Positions 1 through 8,084 are shown, numbered from the stretch's first letter. The stretch: DNA of 40,292 bases from an uncultured Gammaproteobacteria bacterium (GCA_964553705.1 CAZKKV010000004.1:1-40292), one strand, 5' to 3'. Notes: generated by a model from the sequence alone, not told the origin. Translations and numbers: made by a program.

Positions 1-28
1 AAAAAATTTCAATTCTTCTCTTATAAAT

Positions 29-343
29 TTAATCCCTTTTCCGTGTGCACAGTTCACATACATCACAAAAGATTTTATCTATGCCTTCAACTTTTTTTAC
101 AAAATCCTTTTCGCTATTGGAAATTGGAAAGTGGGCGTTATTTTTAACATTTGGAACTTTACACCATAAATAATCCAGTGCTGAACGTATATTTCCAATA
201 CAGCTCTTTACATCAACAAACAAACTGTCTGGCACTGTATGTTTATTTAAACAATCTTGATATTGTCCTTCAATGCCAAGTAGATCTTTTTCTGCCTTTA
301 CTATAACTGCCTCTATGTCGCTATACTTGGAATACTTAATCAT
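29..343 (-). CDS. Hypothetical protein (NIRSALDYL...HFP motif), possibly truncated; translationally coupled to hsdM
   Basis: 104-aa ORF with a 4-nt ATGA overlap with the hsdM stop. The C-terminal CELCTRKRD looks out of character. Confidence 0.65.
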   Translation of the reverse strand: MIKYSKYSDIEAVIVKAEKDLLGIEGQYQDCLNKHTVPDSLFVDVKSCIGNIRSALDYLWCKVPNVKNNAHFPISNSEKDFVKKVEGIDKIFCDVCELCTRKRD

Positions 344-1896
344 ATATCAAATCCAACTTTTTTTAATTGTTTTTTAATTTCCGCATTCATTTTTCCCTCC
401 TCCGCTATCTGTTCTTTAAGGGTAGAGGTAAGACGTTTCATTTTTTCTTCAAATGGTTCACTATCTTTTTCTCCGTCAGTTATACCGACGTATCGCCCCG
501 GGGTAAGCACGTAGCCTTGCTTCTGCACCTCTTTCACATTAGCGGATTTGGAGAAACCTTTTATGTCTTTATACTTGCCATCTTTTTTTCTCCACTCGTG
601 ATAAGTATTTGCGATTGTAGCAATATCCTCTTTCGTAAACTCACGGTGAGTGCGATCTGCCATAAAACCCGTCTCCGAAGCATCTATAAATAAGATTTCT
701 CCCGTGCGTTTCCTGTCGCCATTACCAATGCGCTTACGAGAGATAAACCAAAGGCAAGCAGGAATGCCAGTATTGTAGAAAAGTTGTTTTGGCAGTGCCA
801 CAATACAGTCAACTAAATCTTCACTTACAAGGTTCTGCCTAACTTCTCCTTCACCACTTTGATTGGAAGATAAAGAACCGTTGGAAAGAACGGTCGCCAT
901 TACACCTTTTGGTGAGAGGTGATAAATCATATGTTGCATCCAAGCGAAGTTGGCGTTACCGCTTGGTGGTAACCCATATTTCCATCTCGCATCTCTTTTT
1001 AAAATATCCCAACCCCAGTCGCTCTGATTAAAAGGCGGATTGGCTAAAACATAATCAGCTTTAAGATCTGGGTGCGCGTCCTTTAAGAATGATCCTTCGC
1101 TATTCCAAGCCACCTGTGAGCCGTCTATGCCTCGGAGTGCAAGGTTCATTCGGCATAAACGATAAGTAGTGTGATTACTCTCCTGTCCGTAAATAGAAAT
1201 GTCTTCCAGTCGTCCACGGTGCGCTAAGACAAACTTCTCTGAAATAACAAACATACCTCCTGAACCGCAGGCGGGATCATATATACGTCCAGAAAGTGGT
1301 TCTATCATTTCCACCATTAATTCAACAATACTTCGTGGAGTATAAAACTGTCCCCCTTTCTTTCCTTCAAGAGAAGCGAACTCACCCAGAAAATATTCGT
1401 AAACACGTCCAATAAGATCTCGTGATTTTTCTCCTTCCTCACCAAGAGCAATGTCTCCAATAAGATCTATAAGCTCTCCGAGAGATTGCTTATCTAGATT
1501 TGGTTTTGCATATTCTTTTGGCAATATGTTTTTGAGAGTTGGATTTTCTTTTTCTATGGCTTCCATTGCATTATCCAAATCCTTACCTATACTTGGAAGC
1601 TTTGATCGTGAATGTAAAAAATCCCACCTTGCTTCACTTGGAACATAAAAAACATTCTCTGCTTTATATTCGTCTTCGTCCTCCGGATCTGCGTTAGCAT
1701 ATTCACCTTCACCGGCTAATAGCTTTTTATGGAGAACCTCAAAAGCGTCTGAAATGTATTTCAAAAAAATAAGACCAAGAACAATATGCTTATACTCGGC
1801 TGCGTCTATATTTTTTCGGAGTTTGTCAGCGGCCTTAAAAAGTTGAGTTTCAAAATGTCCGTTCGCTTGATTTTTAGTTATTTCTTTTGTTCTCAT
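340..1896 (-). CDS. hsdM: Type I restriction-modification system methyltransferase (M subunit)
   Basis: N-terminal AADKLR...[23 protein letters not shown], motif I DPACGSGG, motif IV NPPF (m6A) and C-terminal [11 protein letters not shown] at 1896 preferred over TTG at 1908. Confidence 0.95.
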   Translation of the reverse strand: MRTKEITKNQANGHFETQLFKAADKLRKNIDAAEYKHIVLGLIFLKYISDAFEVLHKKLLAGEGEYANADPEDEDEYKAENVFYVPSEARWDFLHSRSKLPSIGKDLDNAMEAIEKENPTLKNILPKEYAKPNLDKQSLGELIDLIGDIALGEEGEKSRDLIGRVYEYFLGEFASLEGKKGGQFYTPRSIVELMVEMIEPLSGRIYDPACGSGGMFVISEKFVLAHRGRLEDISIYGQESNHTTYRLCRMNLALRGIDGSQVAWNSEGSFLKDAHPDLKADYVLANPPFNQSDWGWDILKRDARWKYGLPPSGNANFAWMQHMIYHLSPKGVMATVLSNGSLSSNQSGEGEVRQNLVSEDLVDCIVALPKQLFYNTGIPACLWFISRKRIGNGDRKRTGEILFIDASETGFMADRTHREFTKEDIATIANTYHEWRKKDGKYKDIKGFSKSANVKEVQKQGYVLTPGRYVGITDGEKDSEPFEEKMKRLTSTLKEQIAEEGKMNAEIKKQLKKVGFDI

Positions 1897-1947
1897 AATT
1901 TTTAACAAACTTATAAATATGGGCTATTTATTGAGTAATTATTATTT

Positions 1948-1976
1948 ATAATACTCTCAAAAAGTCAATAAGTCAA
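1948..1976 (-). promoter_or_regulatory. Putative sigma70 promoter of hsdM
   Basis: TTGACT-17 nt-TATTAT on the minus strand, about 50 nt upstream of the ATG. Confidence 0.55.
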
Positions 1977-2016
1977 AAGGGTTTTAGCTTATTTTAACTT
2001 ATACACTCGCTTATTA

Positions 2017-2045
2017 TTGACATAGTTTTAAGGATTTGATAAAAT
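2017..2045 (+). promoter_or_regulatory. Consensus sigma70 promoter of the element's small-gene/rep operon
   Basis: TTGACA (2017-2022), 17-nt spacer, TAAAAT (2040-2045) with extended -10 TG. Confidence 0.75.
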
Positions 2046-2051
2046 AAAAGT

Positions 2052-2289
2052 AGATTAATAATTTAATAAATCTTTTCTTGTCTATATTCACCGATAGATG
2101 CAATATAAATAAGATCTGAACTTAATTTTCGGAGATTGTGTTTTTCCGCCAGAAATGGTGAGGCCAACGTAAAAGTTGGAAGCCCGATAATTGAGCGTTA
2201 AATAAGACGTTTTGCGTCCTGTTTAGCACTTGATTACCGGGTTTTTTATTTGGGCTAAATGCAGGATCGCAAATATGCGACTTGCTTTT
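2052..2289 (+). ncRNA. Candidate structured leader/attenuator RNA
   Basis: Series of hairpins: CGCCA-GAAA-TGGTG at 2147-2160, CCAAC/GTTGG at 2164-2179, a long stem at 2181-2243 followed by a T-run, and GCAGGATCGCA/TGCGACTTGC at 2261-2285. Confidence 0.55.
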
Positions 2290-2481
2290 ATGCTATCCAA
2301 TAAACAAATAACTAAATACCAGATCCTCTATAAAAAACGCTTCGGCAGGAGAATTAGTCGTGAAGAAGCGTATGAGCAGGGCGCGAAACTTATCAGATTG
2401 ATTGAGCTGATTTATAGACCGATGACAGAGGAAGAAAACCGCCGACTTCAAAAACGCAGACGGGAAACTGATAATCTATAA
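2290..2481 (+). CDS. Small basic hypothetical protein (63 aa)
   Basis: MLSNKQITKYQILYKKRFGRRISREEAYEQGAKL...; ATG at 2290 lies directly after the leader hairpin, and the upstream TTG start falls inside RNA structure. Confidence 0.75.
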   Translation: MLSNKQITKYQILYKKRFGRRISREEAYEQGAKLIRLIELIYRPMTEEENRRLQKRRRETDNL

Positions 2482-2489
2482 AAAAATCT

Positions 2490-3026
2490 ATGACAGAGCA
2501 ATTTAAAATCAGAGATATGCGGAAAAAGGAAAAGTATTTTGTTGATGACGCTTATTTGAATGGGTATGCACGACTTTGCAGTGTATATGCCACTGCTGTC
2601 TACAATTCGTTGAGCCGACACGCTAATTTTCATAATCAAACTTGTTTTCCTTCCATAGAAAGAATAGCCAAACAACATAATATTTCTCGGCCATCAGTGA
2701 TTAAAGCATTAGCCAAATTAGAAAAATATAAAATTATCAGACGGGATAAACAGAAGGATAAAAAAGGACGGTGGAAAAACAATTTTTATACGCTATTAGA
2801 CAAATCAGAGTGGCTTCCGAAAAACGACCAAATAAACGACATTGACTTGGAAAACCAAGTAAGCCATATTTCAAAACCGAGTAAACGAGATTTCAAAAAC
2901 CAAGTAAATGACATTGACTGTAAGGATAATAAAGAGATTAAGGTTAATAAATGTAATGATAACAAGAAAATGCTTAAAAAAATAAGAAAAGAATTATCAG
3001 ATAAACTTGGTTGGCGATTAAAATAA
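2490..3026 (+). CDS. Winged-HTH (HTH_36-like) protein, phage-type replication initiator-like
   Basis: AVYNSLSRHA...CFPSIERIAKQHNISRPSVIKALAKLEKYKII...NFYTL pattern, with direct repeats in the 3' half. Confidence 0.75.
   Translation: MTEQFKIRDMRKKEKYFVDDAYLNGYARLCSVYATAVYNSLSRHANFHNQTCFPSIERIAKQHNISRPSVIKALAKLEKYKIIRRDKQKDKKGRWKNNFYTLLDKSEWLPKNDQINDIDLENQVSHISKPSKRDFKNQVNDIDCKDNKEIKVNKCNDNKKMLKKIRKELSDKLGWRLK
2827..2919 (+). repeat. Four imperfect direct repeats (iteron-like) inside the HTH gene
   Basis: ACCAAATAAACGACATTGACT (2827), ACCAAGTAAGCCATATTTCAAA (2854), ACCGAGTAAACGAGATTTCAAAA (2876), ACCAAGTAAATGACATTGACT (2899); spacing 27/22/23. Confidence 0.7.
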
Positions 3027-3054
3027 AAAGAGTATATACCCATAACTTACGCTT

Positions 3055-3408
3055 ATGATTAAATCAAGAATTATAAAAATAGAAAAAAGTATTCCTACAA
3101 ATGATCGTCCTTTAAGGGAGCTTTCAAATGTCCAATTGGCAAATACTGCCTTAAAATTGCGTCTTGTTATTTATAAGCGAATGAATGGAGAAAATACAAT
3201 GCGCGAATATAAGGAACTATTTATAGACAACCCGACAATGTTTGAGATGTTAGACCAAACCGATAAAACACACTCTGAAATGCTTGTTTTATTAGGGAAG
3301 CAAAAAGAATGGGAGATAAATCACGAAAAATCCCAAGAACTTAAAGATGAGATTGCCGAACAATACGACAAAATTATAAAGGCATATAAGTTTTTTAAAA
3401 AAGTATGA
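3055..3408 (+). CDS. Hypothetical protein
   Basis: 117-aa ORF in the operon with an ATGA overlap with the next gene. Confidence 0.7.
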   Translation: MIKSRIIKIEKSIPTNDRPLRELSNVQLANTALKLRLVIYKRMNGENTMREYKELFIDNPTMFEMLDQTDKTHSEMLVLLGKQKEWEINHEKSQELKDEIAEQYDKIIKAYKFFKKV

Positions 3409-3761
3409 GGTGTGAATATATAAAAATTGATAAAAAACAATGTTCTGCCAATGCAATGAAAAACAGTAAGTTTTGTTTTACACATAATCCTGATATGAAA
3501 GAGCAAAAGAGAGCAGCGGTCATCAAGGGTGGAAAAATGTCAAAGAAAAACCACAGCTTTCTCCCGTCAGTTACTCTCAATCAATCAAAAGACGTTGTTG
3601 ATTTATTGGCGACAACTATAAATGAAATAAGAGGCGGGTTGGTTGAAGTAAAAATTGCAAATTGTATAGGATATTTATCCGGTCATTTAATTAAAGCCTT
3701 TGAAATTGTTGACCTAGAAGAACGAGTTTCAAAAATTGAACAAACCCTTAATAAAAAATAA
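3405..3761 (+). CDS. CCCH zinc-finger protein, terminase-small-subunit-like architecture (tentative)
   Basis: C-x9-C-x10-C-x2-H, then KGGK and a helical C-terminus ending LEERVSKIE. Confidence 0.6.
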   Translation: MRCEYIKIDKKQCSANAMKNSKFCFTHNPDMKEQKRAAVIKGGKMSKKNHSFLPSVTLNQSKDVVDLLATTINEIRGGLVEVKIANCIGYLSGHLIKAFEIVDLEERVSKIEQTLNKK

Positions 3762-3786
3762 AATTATATTAAAAATATTCCATAAG

Positions 3787-3795
3787 TGTTATAAT
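3787..3795 (+). promoter_or_regulatory. Extended -10 promoter of the recombinase
   Basis: TGtTATAAT; the predicted +1 near 3801-3802 coincides with the start of the long hairpin. Confidence 0.65.
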
Positions 3796-3800
3796 AATAA

Positions 3801-3927
3801 CGTTGCCTATATTACAATTAAACCCGAAGTTTTATTATTGCTTCGTTGCCTTAAAGGGGCGGCTATTCTAATGAAGCAATCCTTCGGGAAAGTGTAATTA
3901 GGCAACGGTAGCCGCTCCTTTAAGTTT
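3801..3927 (+). ncRNA. Candidate structured 5' leader RNA (long hairpin plus loop-to-3' pairing)
   Basis: Nested stems 3801-3809/3899-3907, 3811-3816/3893-3898, 3823-3829/3882-3888 and 3837-3847/3870-3880; loop 3850-3866 is complementary to 3908-3924. Confidence 0.7.
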
Positions 3928-5589
3928 ATGAACCAACCAACAACTAAAATTAAATACTTTCTTTACGCCAGAAAATCATCAGAAAGCGAAGACCGACAAG
4001 TGCAGTCCATTGACGATCAAACAAATCGGCTGAAAAAATTAGCCAATGATTTAGGTTTGGATATTAAAAAAATCTACGTTGAGGCGAAGTCAGCCAAGAA
4101 ACCAAACAATCGGCCGATTTTTGATGAGGTCATACAAAGAATTGAAAACGGAGAGGCAGACGGTATTTTATGCTGGCAAATAAACCGACTTTCTCGTAAT
4201 CCTATTGATAGCGGTAGATTAAGCTGGCTTTTACAAAGAGGGGTTCTTAAATCAATTCAGACCATAGACAGACAATATCTCCCAGAGGATAATGTTTTAC
4301 TTTTTAGTGTTGAAAGTGGCGTGGCCAACCAATACATTCTTGATTTAAGCAAAAATACTAAACGAGGTATGCTTTCCAAGATAGAAAAGGGCTGGCAAAC
4401 CGGTATAGCACCGCTTGGCTATCTTAACGACAAGGAAAATAAAACTATTATAAGCGATCCGGAGCGTTTTAATGTTGTTAGAAAAATGTGGGACTTAATG
4501 CTAACCGGCAACTACACACCACCAAAGATTTTAGATAAAGCAAATAAGGAATGGGGGTTTAGGACAAGAAAGTTTAAGCGTATCGGTGGTGGTGAATTAT
4601 CACGAAGTGGTATTTATAAAATCTTTACAAGCTTGTTTTACGCCGGCATTATTGAAAGTGGCGGAGTTCAATATGAAGGAAAACACGAACGAATGATTAC
4701 TCTTGAAGAATATGACCGAGCACAAATACTTCTTGGCAGAAAAGGCAAACCAAGACCAAAGCACCACGAGTTTGCTTTTACCGGTTCAATTCGTTGCGGT
4801 GTTTGCGGTTGTCTTTATACTGCCGAAACAAAAAAGAAAATCTTGAAAACAACTGGGGAAGTAAAAGAATATACTTATTATCATTGCACAAGAAAAACAA
4901 CAAAGATTAAATGCGATCAAAAAAAGAATATTCCAGTTGAAGATTTAGAGTTATCTATTGAGAAAGAAATAGAAAAATATACTATTTTGCCAGAGTTTTT
5001 AGAATGGGCGCTGGAAGGCTTGAATAAAAAGAATGATACCGAGATTGACGACAGATCAAAGATTTACGAAATGCAACACAAAACTTTAACTGAAACGCAA
5101 AAAGAATTAGATGAACTTACTAAAATGAGATATCGCCAACTTATTGACGACGAAACTTTTATTAAAGAAAAAAATGCACTTCAAGTTAAAACCTCCCAGC
5201 TCAAGGAAAACTTGCGAGAAACGGAAACACGAGCTGATAAATGGCTGGAACTAACTGAAAAAACTTTCAACTTCGCAACTTACGCTCGCAAGGCATTTAT
5301 AACTACGGAAGGAGAAGCAGGGTTAGAACTGAAAAAAGAAATATTATTAGCGTTAGGAAAAACGCCGATAATTAAAGACGAAAAACTCCTTATTGAGCCG
5401 AATGAATGGTTTGTGCCAATCAAAAATAACTATTCTGCTTTAGAGAAAGAATACGTAGGGTTAGAACTAAACAAAATACCTTTAAATAAAGCAAAAACAG
5501 AAGCTCTCACTTCTGTTCGTGCACAATGGCTCCGGGGCAGGGATTCGAACCCCGATCAGCTGGACCAGAACCAGCTGTCCTACCATTAG
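3928..5589 (+). CDS. Large serine recombinase (integrase)
   Basis: YARKS catalytic motif, RLSRN, recombinase domain APLGY, Zn ribbon CGVCG...YYHC...C and a coiled-coil C-terminus. Confidence 0.95.
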   Translation: MNQPTTKIKYFLYARKSSESEDRQVQSIDDQTNRLKKLANDLGLDIKKIYVEAKSAKKPNNRPIFDEVIQRIENGEADGILCWQINRLSRNPIDSGRLSWLLQRGVLKSIQTIDRQYLPEDNVLLFSVESGVANQYILDLSKNTKRGMLSKIEKGWQTGIAPLGYLNDKENKTIISDPERFNVVRKMWDLMLTGNYTPPKILDKANKEWGFRTRKFKRIGGGELSRSGIYKIFTSLFYAGIIESGGVQYEGKHERMITLEEYDRAQILLGRKGKPRPKHHEFAFTGSIRCGVCGCLYTAETKKKILKTTGEVKEYTYYHCTRKTTKIKCDQKKNIPVEDLELSIEKEIEKYTILPEFLEWALEGLNKKNDTEIDDRSKIYEMQHKTLTETQKELDELTKMRYRQLIDDETFIKEKNALQVKTSQLKENLRETETRADKWLELTEKTFNFATYARKAFITTEGEAGLELKKEILLALGKTPIIKDEKLLIEPNEWFVPIKNNYSALEKEYVGLELNKIPLNKAKTEALTSVRAQWLRGRDSNPDQLDQNQLSYH

Positions 5590-5600
5590 ACGACCCCGGA
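5527..5600 (-). tRNA. tRNA-Gln (anticodon CTG) with encoded CCA
   Basis: Reverse complement TCCGGGGTCGTCTAATGGTAGGACAGCTGGTTCTGGTCCAGCTGATCGGGGTTCGAATCCCTGCCCCGGAGCCA forms a full cloverleaf. Confidence 0.97.
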
Positions 5601-5625
5601 ATACATAAAATAAAACTTTCTAACT

Positions 5626-6462
5626 TTATAAACTTTCTGACTTTTTACTGTATTCCTCTATTCTTTTTTTAATCTCTGGAATTTTTTCCTCTGCTGCTTT
5701 CTTACCGATATCAAAAAATCTTTCCATACCGTAGAACTTAAAACTTTCAATTATCCCACCCATTTCCGGTCTAATAATAATGGCTGAACCATTTACTTTG
5801 TCAACATTATATTTAACTGCCTGTGTCCTAATAATATCATACGCTTGTAAAAGCGTTGTGATAACAGTTGGCTTCTCTGTTATATTAAGATTTCTTTTTG
5901 GTATCAAATCTACACCGATAATAATGTCAGCGCCAAACTCTTTTACTTTATCAACTGGTGTTGGATTGACGACTCCGCCGTCTATTAGATATGTCCCATT
6001 CCATTCTACTGGTGGAAAAATTCCTGGTACACTCATGCTGGCTCTAACAGCCTCTCTAACACTACCTTGGTTCAGAATAACTTCGCTACCATCTGATAAA
6101 TTCGTAGCCACGATATAAAGTGGGATTTTTGTATCAGAGAATTGTTTATCATTGAATAATTCTTCTAAATATTTTTGTACCTTTTTGCCCTTCATGAGCG
6201 AACGTTTAGGATTGGCAATGTCCATCAATTTTTTTATCGCTTTTGTTTTGCTGTAACCTATGAAAATAGCTTCCATGTCAGTAAAACTCATACCTAGTGC
6301 ATAACAAGCGCCAGCCATCGCTCCGCTACTAGTACCGACGATAAAATCAACATCAATTTCAGCACCGTGTAGAGCTTTTAGTATTCCAATGTGAGCAACT
6401 CCTCGTGCGCCACCACCACCCAAAGCTATACCAATTTTTGGTTTTTTATTTGTCATAGTCAT
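5626..6462 (-). CDS. Patatin-like phospholipase (RssA/NTE family)
   Basis: GGGGARG, GTSSG nucleophile motif and DGG. Confidence 0.92.
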   Translation of the reverse strand: MTMTNKKPKIGIALGGGGARGVAHIGILKALHGAEIDVDFIVGTSSGAMAGACYALGMSFTDMEAIFIGYSKTKAIKKLMDIANPKRSLMKGKKVQKYLEELFNDKQFSDTKIPLYIVATNLSDGSEVILNQGSVREAVRASMSVPGIFPPVEWNGTYLIDGGVVNPTPVDKVKEFGADIIIGVDLIPKRNLNITEKPTVITTLLQAYDIIRTQAVKYNVDKVNGSAIIIRPEMGGIIESFKFYGMERFFDIGKKAAEEKIPEIKKRIEEYSKKSESL

Positions 6463-8084
6463 TAGACCACTTTCCCGCCAAAAGTTTTGAGTAAATTATC
6501 TATTGTTCCTTGGTTAGCCTCATCTTCTTTTTTTATGTTTTTCTCTGTTACCGCTACTTCAGAGTTTAAATTAGCCGGCTCATCGCTAACCAATTTATTG
6601 GAAGCTACTTCAATAGTTTCGTCGACTATCGGATTAATCATAATTTGCACGCCGTAAACTTGAGCAATCACCTGCTCAACTATATTTTTTATATTCACTT
6701 CACCAACTCTCTCTTTGTGAAATTTGTATTTGAAAGCGATATTTAATTGATTGCCAGAAATATTTCTCGGTTGACAGACACGCAGTATAAATGACAAGGA
6801 GTGGTTGTGCTGTTTTATTTTGGCTAAAACTTCATTCCACTTGGCCATGATTTGTTCAATTGACAAATTCACTTCATTATCAGTATTAACAAAATTATCA
6901 ACAGGTTTATTTATAGGCATTTTATTGATAATTGGCGTATCATTAGGTGTCTTGGTTTCAGCAACTTTTGGTATAAAATTGACAGTTGATTGTGATGAAC
7001 ATATTTCAGCGATAACTAATTCTATCGGCAATTGTTCGATAAAATAATCTTTCAGGCTACTTTTGGCCAAAATAAATTTTTCTGTATAATCAATAATCTG
7101 TTCCAAAGAAAATAGCTTTGCTGATTCGTTGATTCTTATTTCTAACGCTTCGCCATATTCATTAGTAAATTGAGTCGATAAACTTGGGCTAATTTTTATC
7201 AAAAGAAGTTTTCGGAAAAATTCGATACAATCATTTAAAAATGTTTTAAAATTTACGCCTTCGCCAATCAGTTTATTGATTAAACGAATAGCATTTGCCG
7301 CGTCTTTTTTCGCCAAATAAGACAAGAGATTCAAAACTTCGTTTAAATCGTTTCTTGGTATAACTAAATCTGCTTCTTCTTGAGTAATTTCTTTTTCACC
7401 AATAGCCATAATTTGCCCAAGCATGCTTTCGGCATCGCGCATATGTCCTTCAGCCTGTCTGGCAATAGATTCCAAAATTTCTTTGCTAACAATTATTTTT
7501 TCATTTTTCACGACATAAGACAACTTTTTTAGCATGTCTGACGTATTAATTTTTTTGAAATCAAATCTTTGACATCTGGATATGATTGTCGTCGACACTT
7601 TATGTATTTCGGTTGTACATAATATAAACACAACATATTTCGGCGGTTCTTCAATTATTTTCAACAGAGCATTAAAAGCAGAAGCAGATAGCATGTGAAC
7701 CTCATCAATAATAAACACTTTGTATTTATAGCTAGTTGGAATCACTAACGCATTAGCGATTATATTTTCCCGAACGTTTTCTACGCCAGTATGACTAGCA
7801 GCGTCAATTTCAATAATATCAAGAGCTTTGCCCGCGGTTATGTCAATGCAAGTTTTACATTTATTACACGGGTCAGCTGAATTTTCTTTTTTCTGCGTAC
7901 AATTAATTGCTTTGGCAAAAACTCGCGCTAAAGTCGTTTTGCCGACCGCTCTTGGTCCGCAAAAAATATAGGCATGAGCAGTTTTGCCTGAAATAATTTC
8001 TTGCTGCAATGTTAATTTAATATGATTTTGACCAACCACTTCTTCAAAATTTTGTGGTCGATATTTTCTATATAATGTTGCCAT
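6462..8084 (-). CDS. dnaX: DNA polymerase III subunit gamma/tau
   Basis: LYRKYRP, GPRAVGKTT, Zn cluster, EIDAAS, IIDEVHML and SRCQRF. Confidence 0.97.
   Translation of the reverse strand: MATLYRKYRPQNFEEVVGQNHIKLTLQQEIISGKTAHAYIFCGPRAVGKTTLARVFAKAINCTQKKENSADPCNKCKTCIDITAGKALDIIEIDAASHTGVENVRENIIANALVIPTSYKYKVFIIDEVHMLSASAFNALLKIIEEPPKYVVFILCTTEIHKVSTTIISRCQRFDFKKINTSDMLKKLSYVVKNEKIIVSKEILESIARQAEGHMRDAESMLGQIMAIGEKEITQEEADLVIPRNDLNEVLNLLSYLAKKDAANAIRLINKLIGEGVNFKTFLNDCIEFFRKLLLIKISPSLSTQFTNEYGEALEIRINESAKLFSLEQIIDYTEKFILAKSSLKDYFIEQLPIELVIAEICSSQSTVNFIPKVAETKTPNDTPIINKMPINKPVDNFVNTDNEVNLSIEQIMAKWNEVLAKIKQHNHSLSFILRVCQPRNISGNQLNIAFKYKFHKERVGEVNIKNIVEQVIAQVYGVQIMINPIVDETIEVASNKLVSDEPANLNSEVAVTEKNIKKEDEANQGTIDNLLKTFGGKVV

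Larger units (their letters stand above)
1..5600. mobile_element. Integrative element (genomic island or satellite-like) inserted at the tRNA-Gln 3' end; left boundary outside the window
   Basis: A large serine recombinase abuts and overlaps the tRNA 3' end. Upstream lie an HTH rep-like gene with iteron-like repeats, small hypothetical genes and R-M cargo. Housekeeping genes resume right after the tRNA. Confidence 0.85.

Noticed and set aside
2144-2181. Hammerhead or other self-cleaving ribozyme in the first leader
   Set aside because: No CUGANGA/GAAA catalytic core arrangement was identified; kept only as generic structure.
2827-2919. CRISPR array
   Set aside because: The repeats are degenerate, nearly contiguous, lack unique spacers and lie inside an ORF. 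No cas genes are present.
3848-3869. Leader loop as a bridge-RNA-like guide matching the tRNA target
   Set aside because: Only a short GGGGC(A)GG resemblance to the tRNA/att region. The loop is fully explained by pairing with 3908-3924, and the enzyme is a serine recombinase, not IS110.
1-5526. Second att copy (duplicated tRNA 3' end) delimiting the element
   Set aside because: Not found by eye within the window; it presumably lies beyond the left edge.
5527-5600. Amber suppressor tRNA explaining the dusB TAG
   Set aside because: The anticodon is CTG (Gln), not CTA.
6527-6534. dnaX programmed -1 frameshift site
   Set aside because: The AAAAAAAG run is about 20 codons from the C-terminus, not in the A_AAA_AAG frame, and has no clear stimulatory hairpin.
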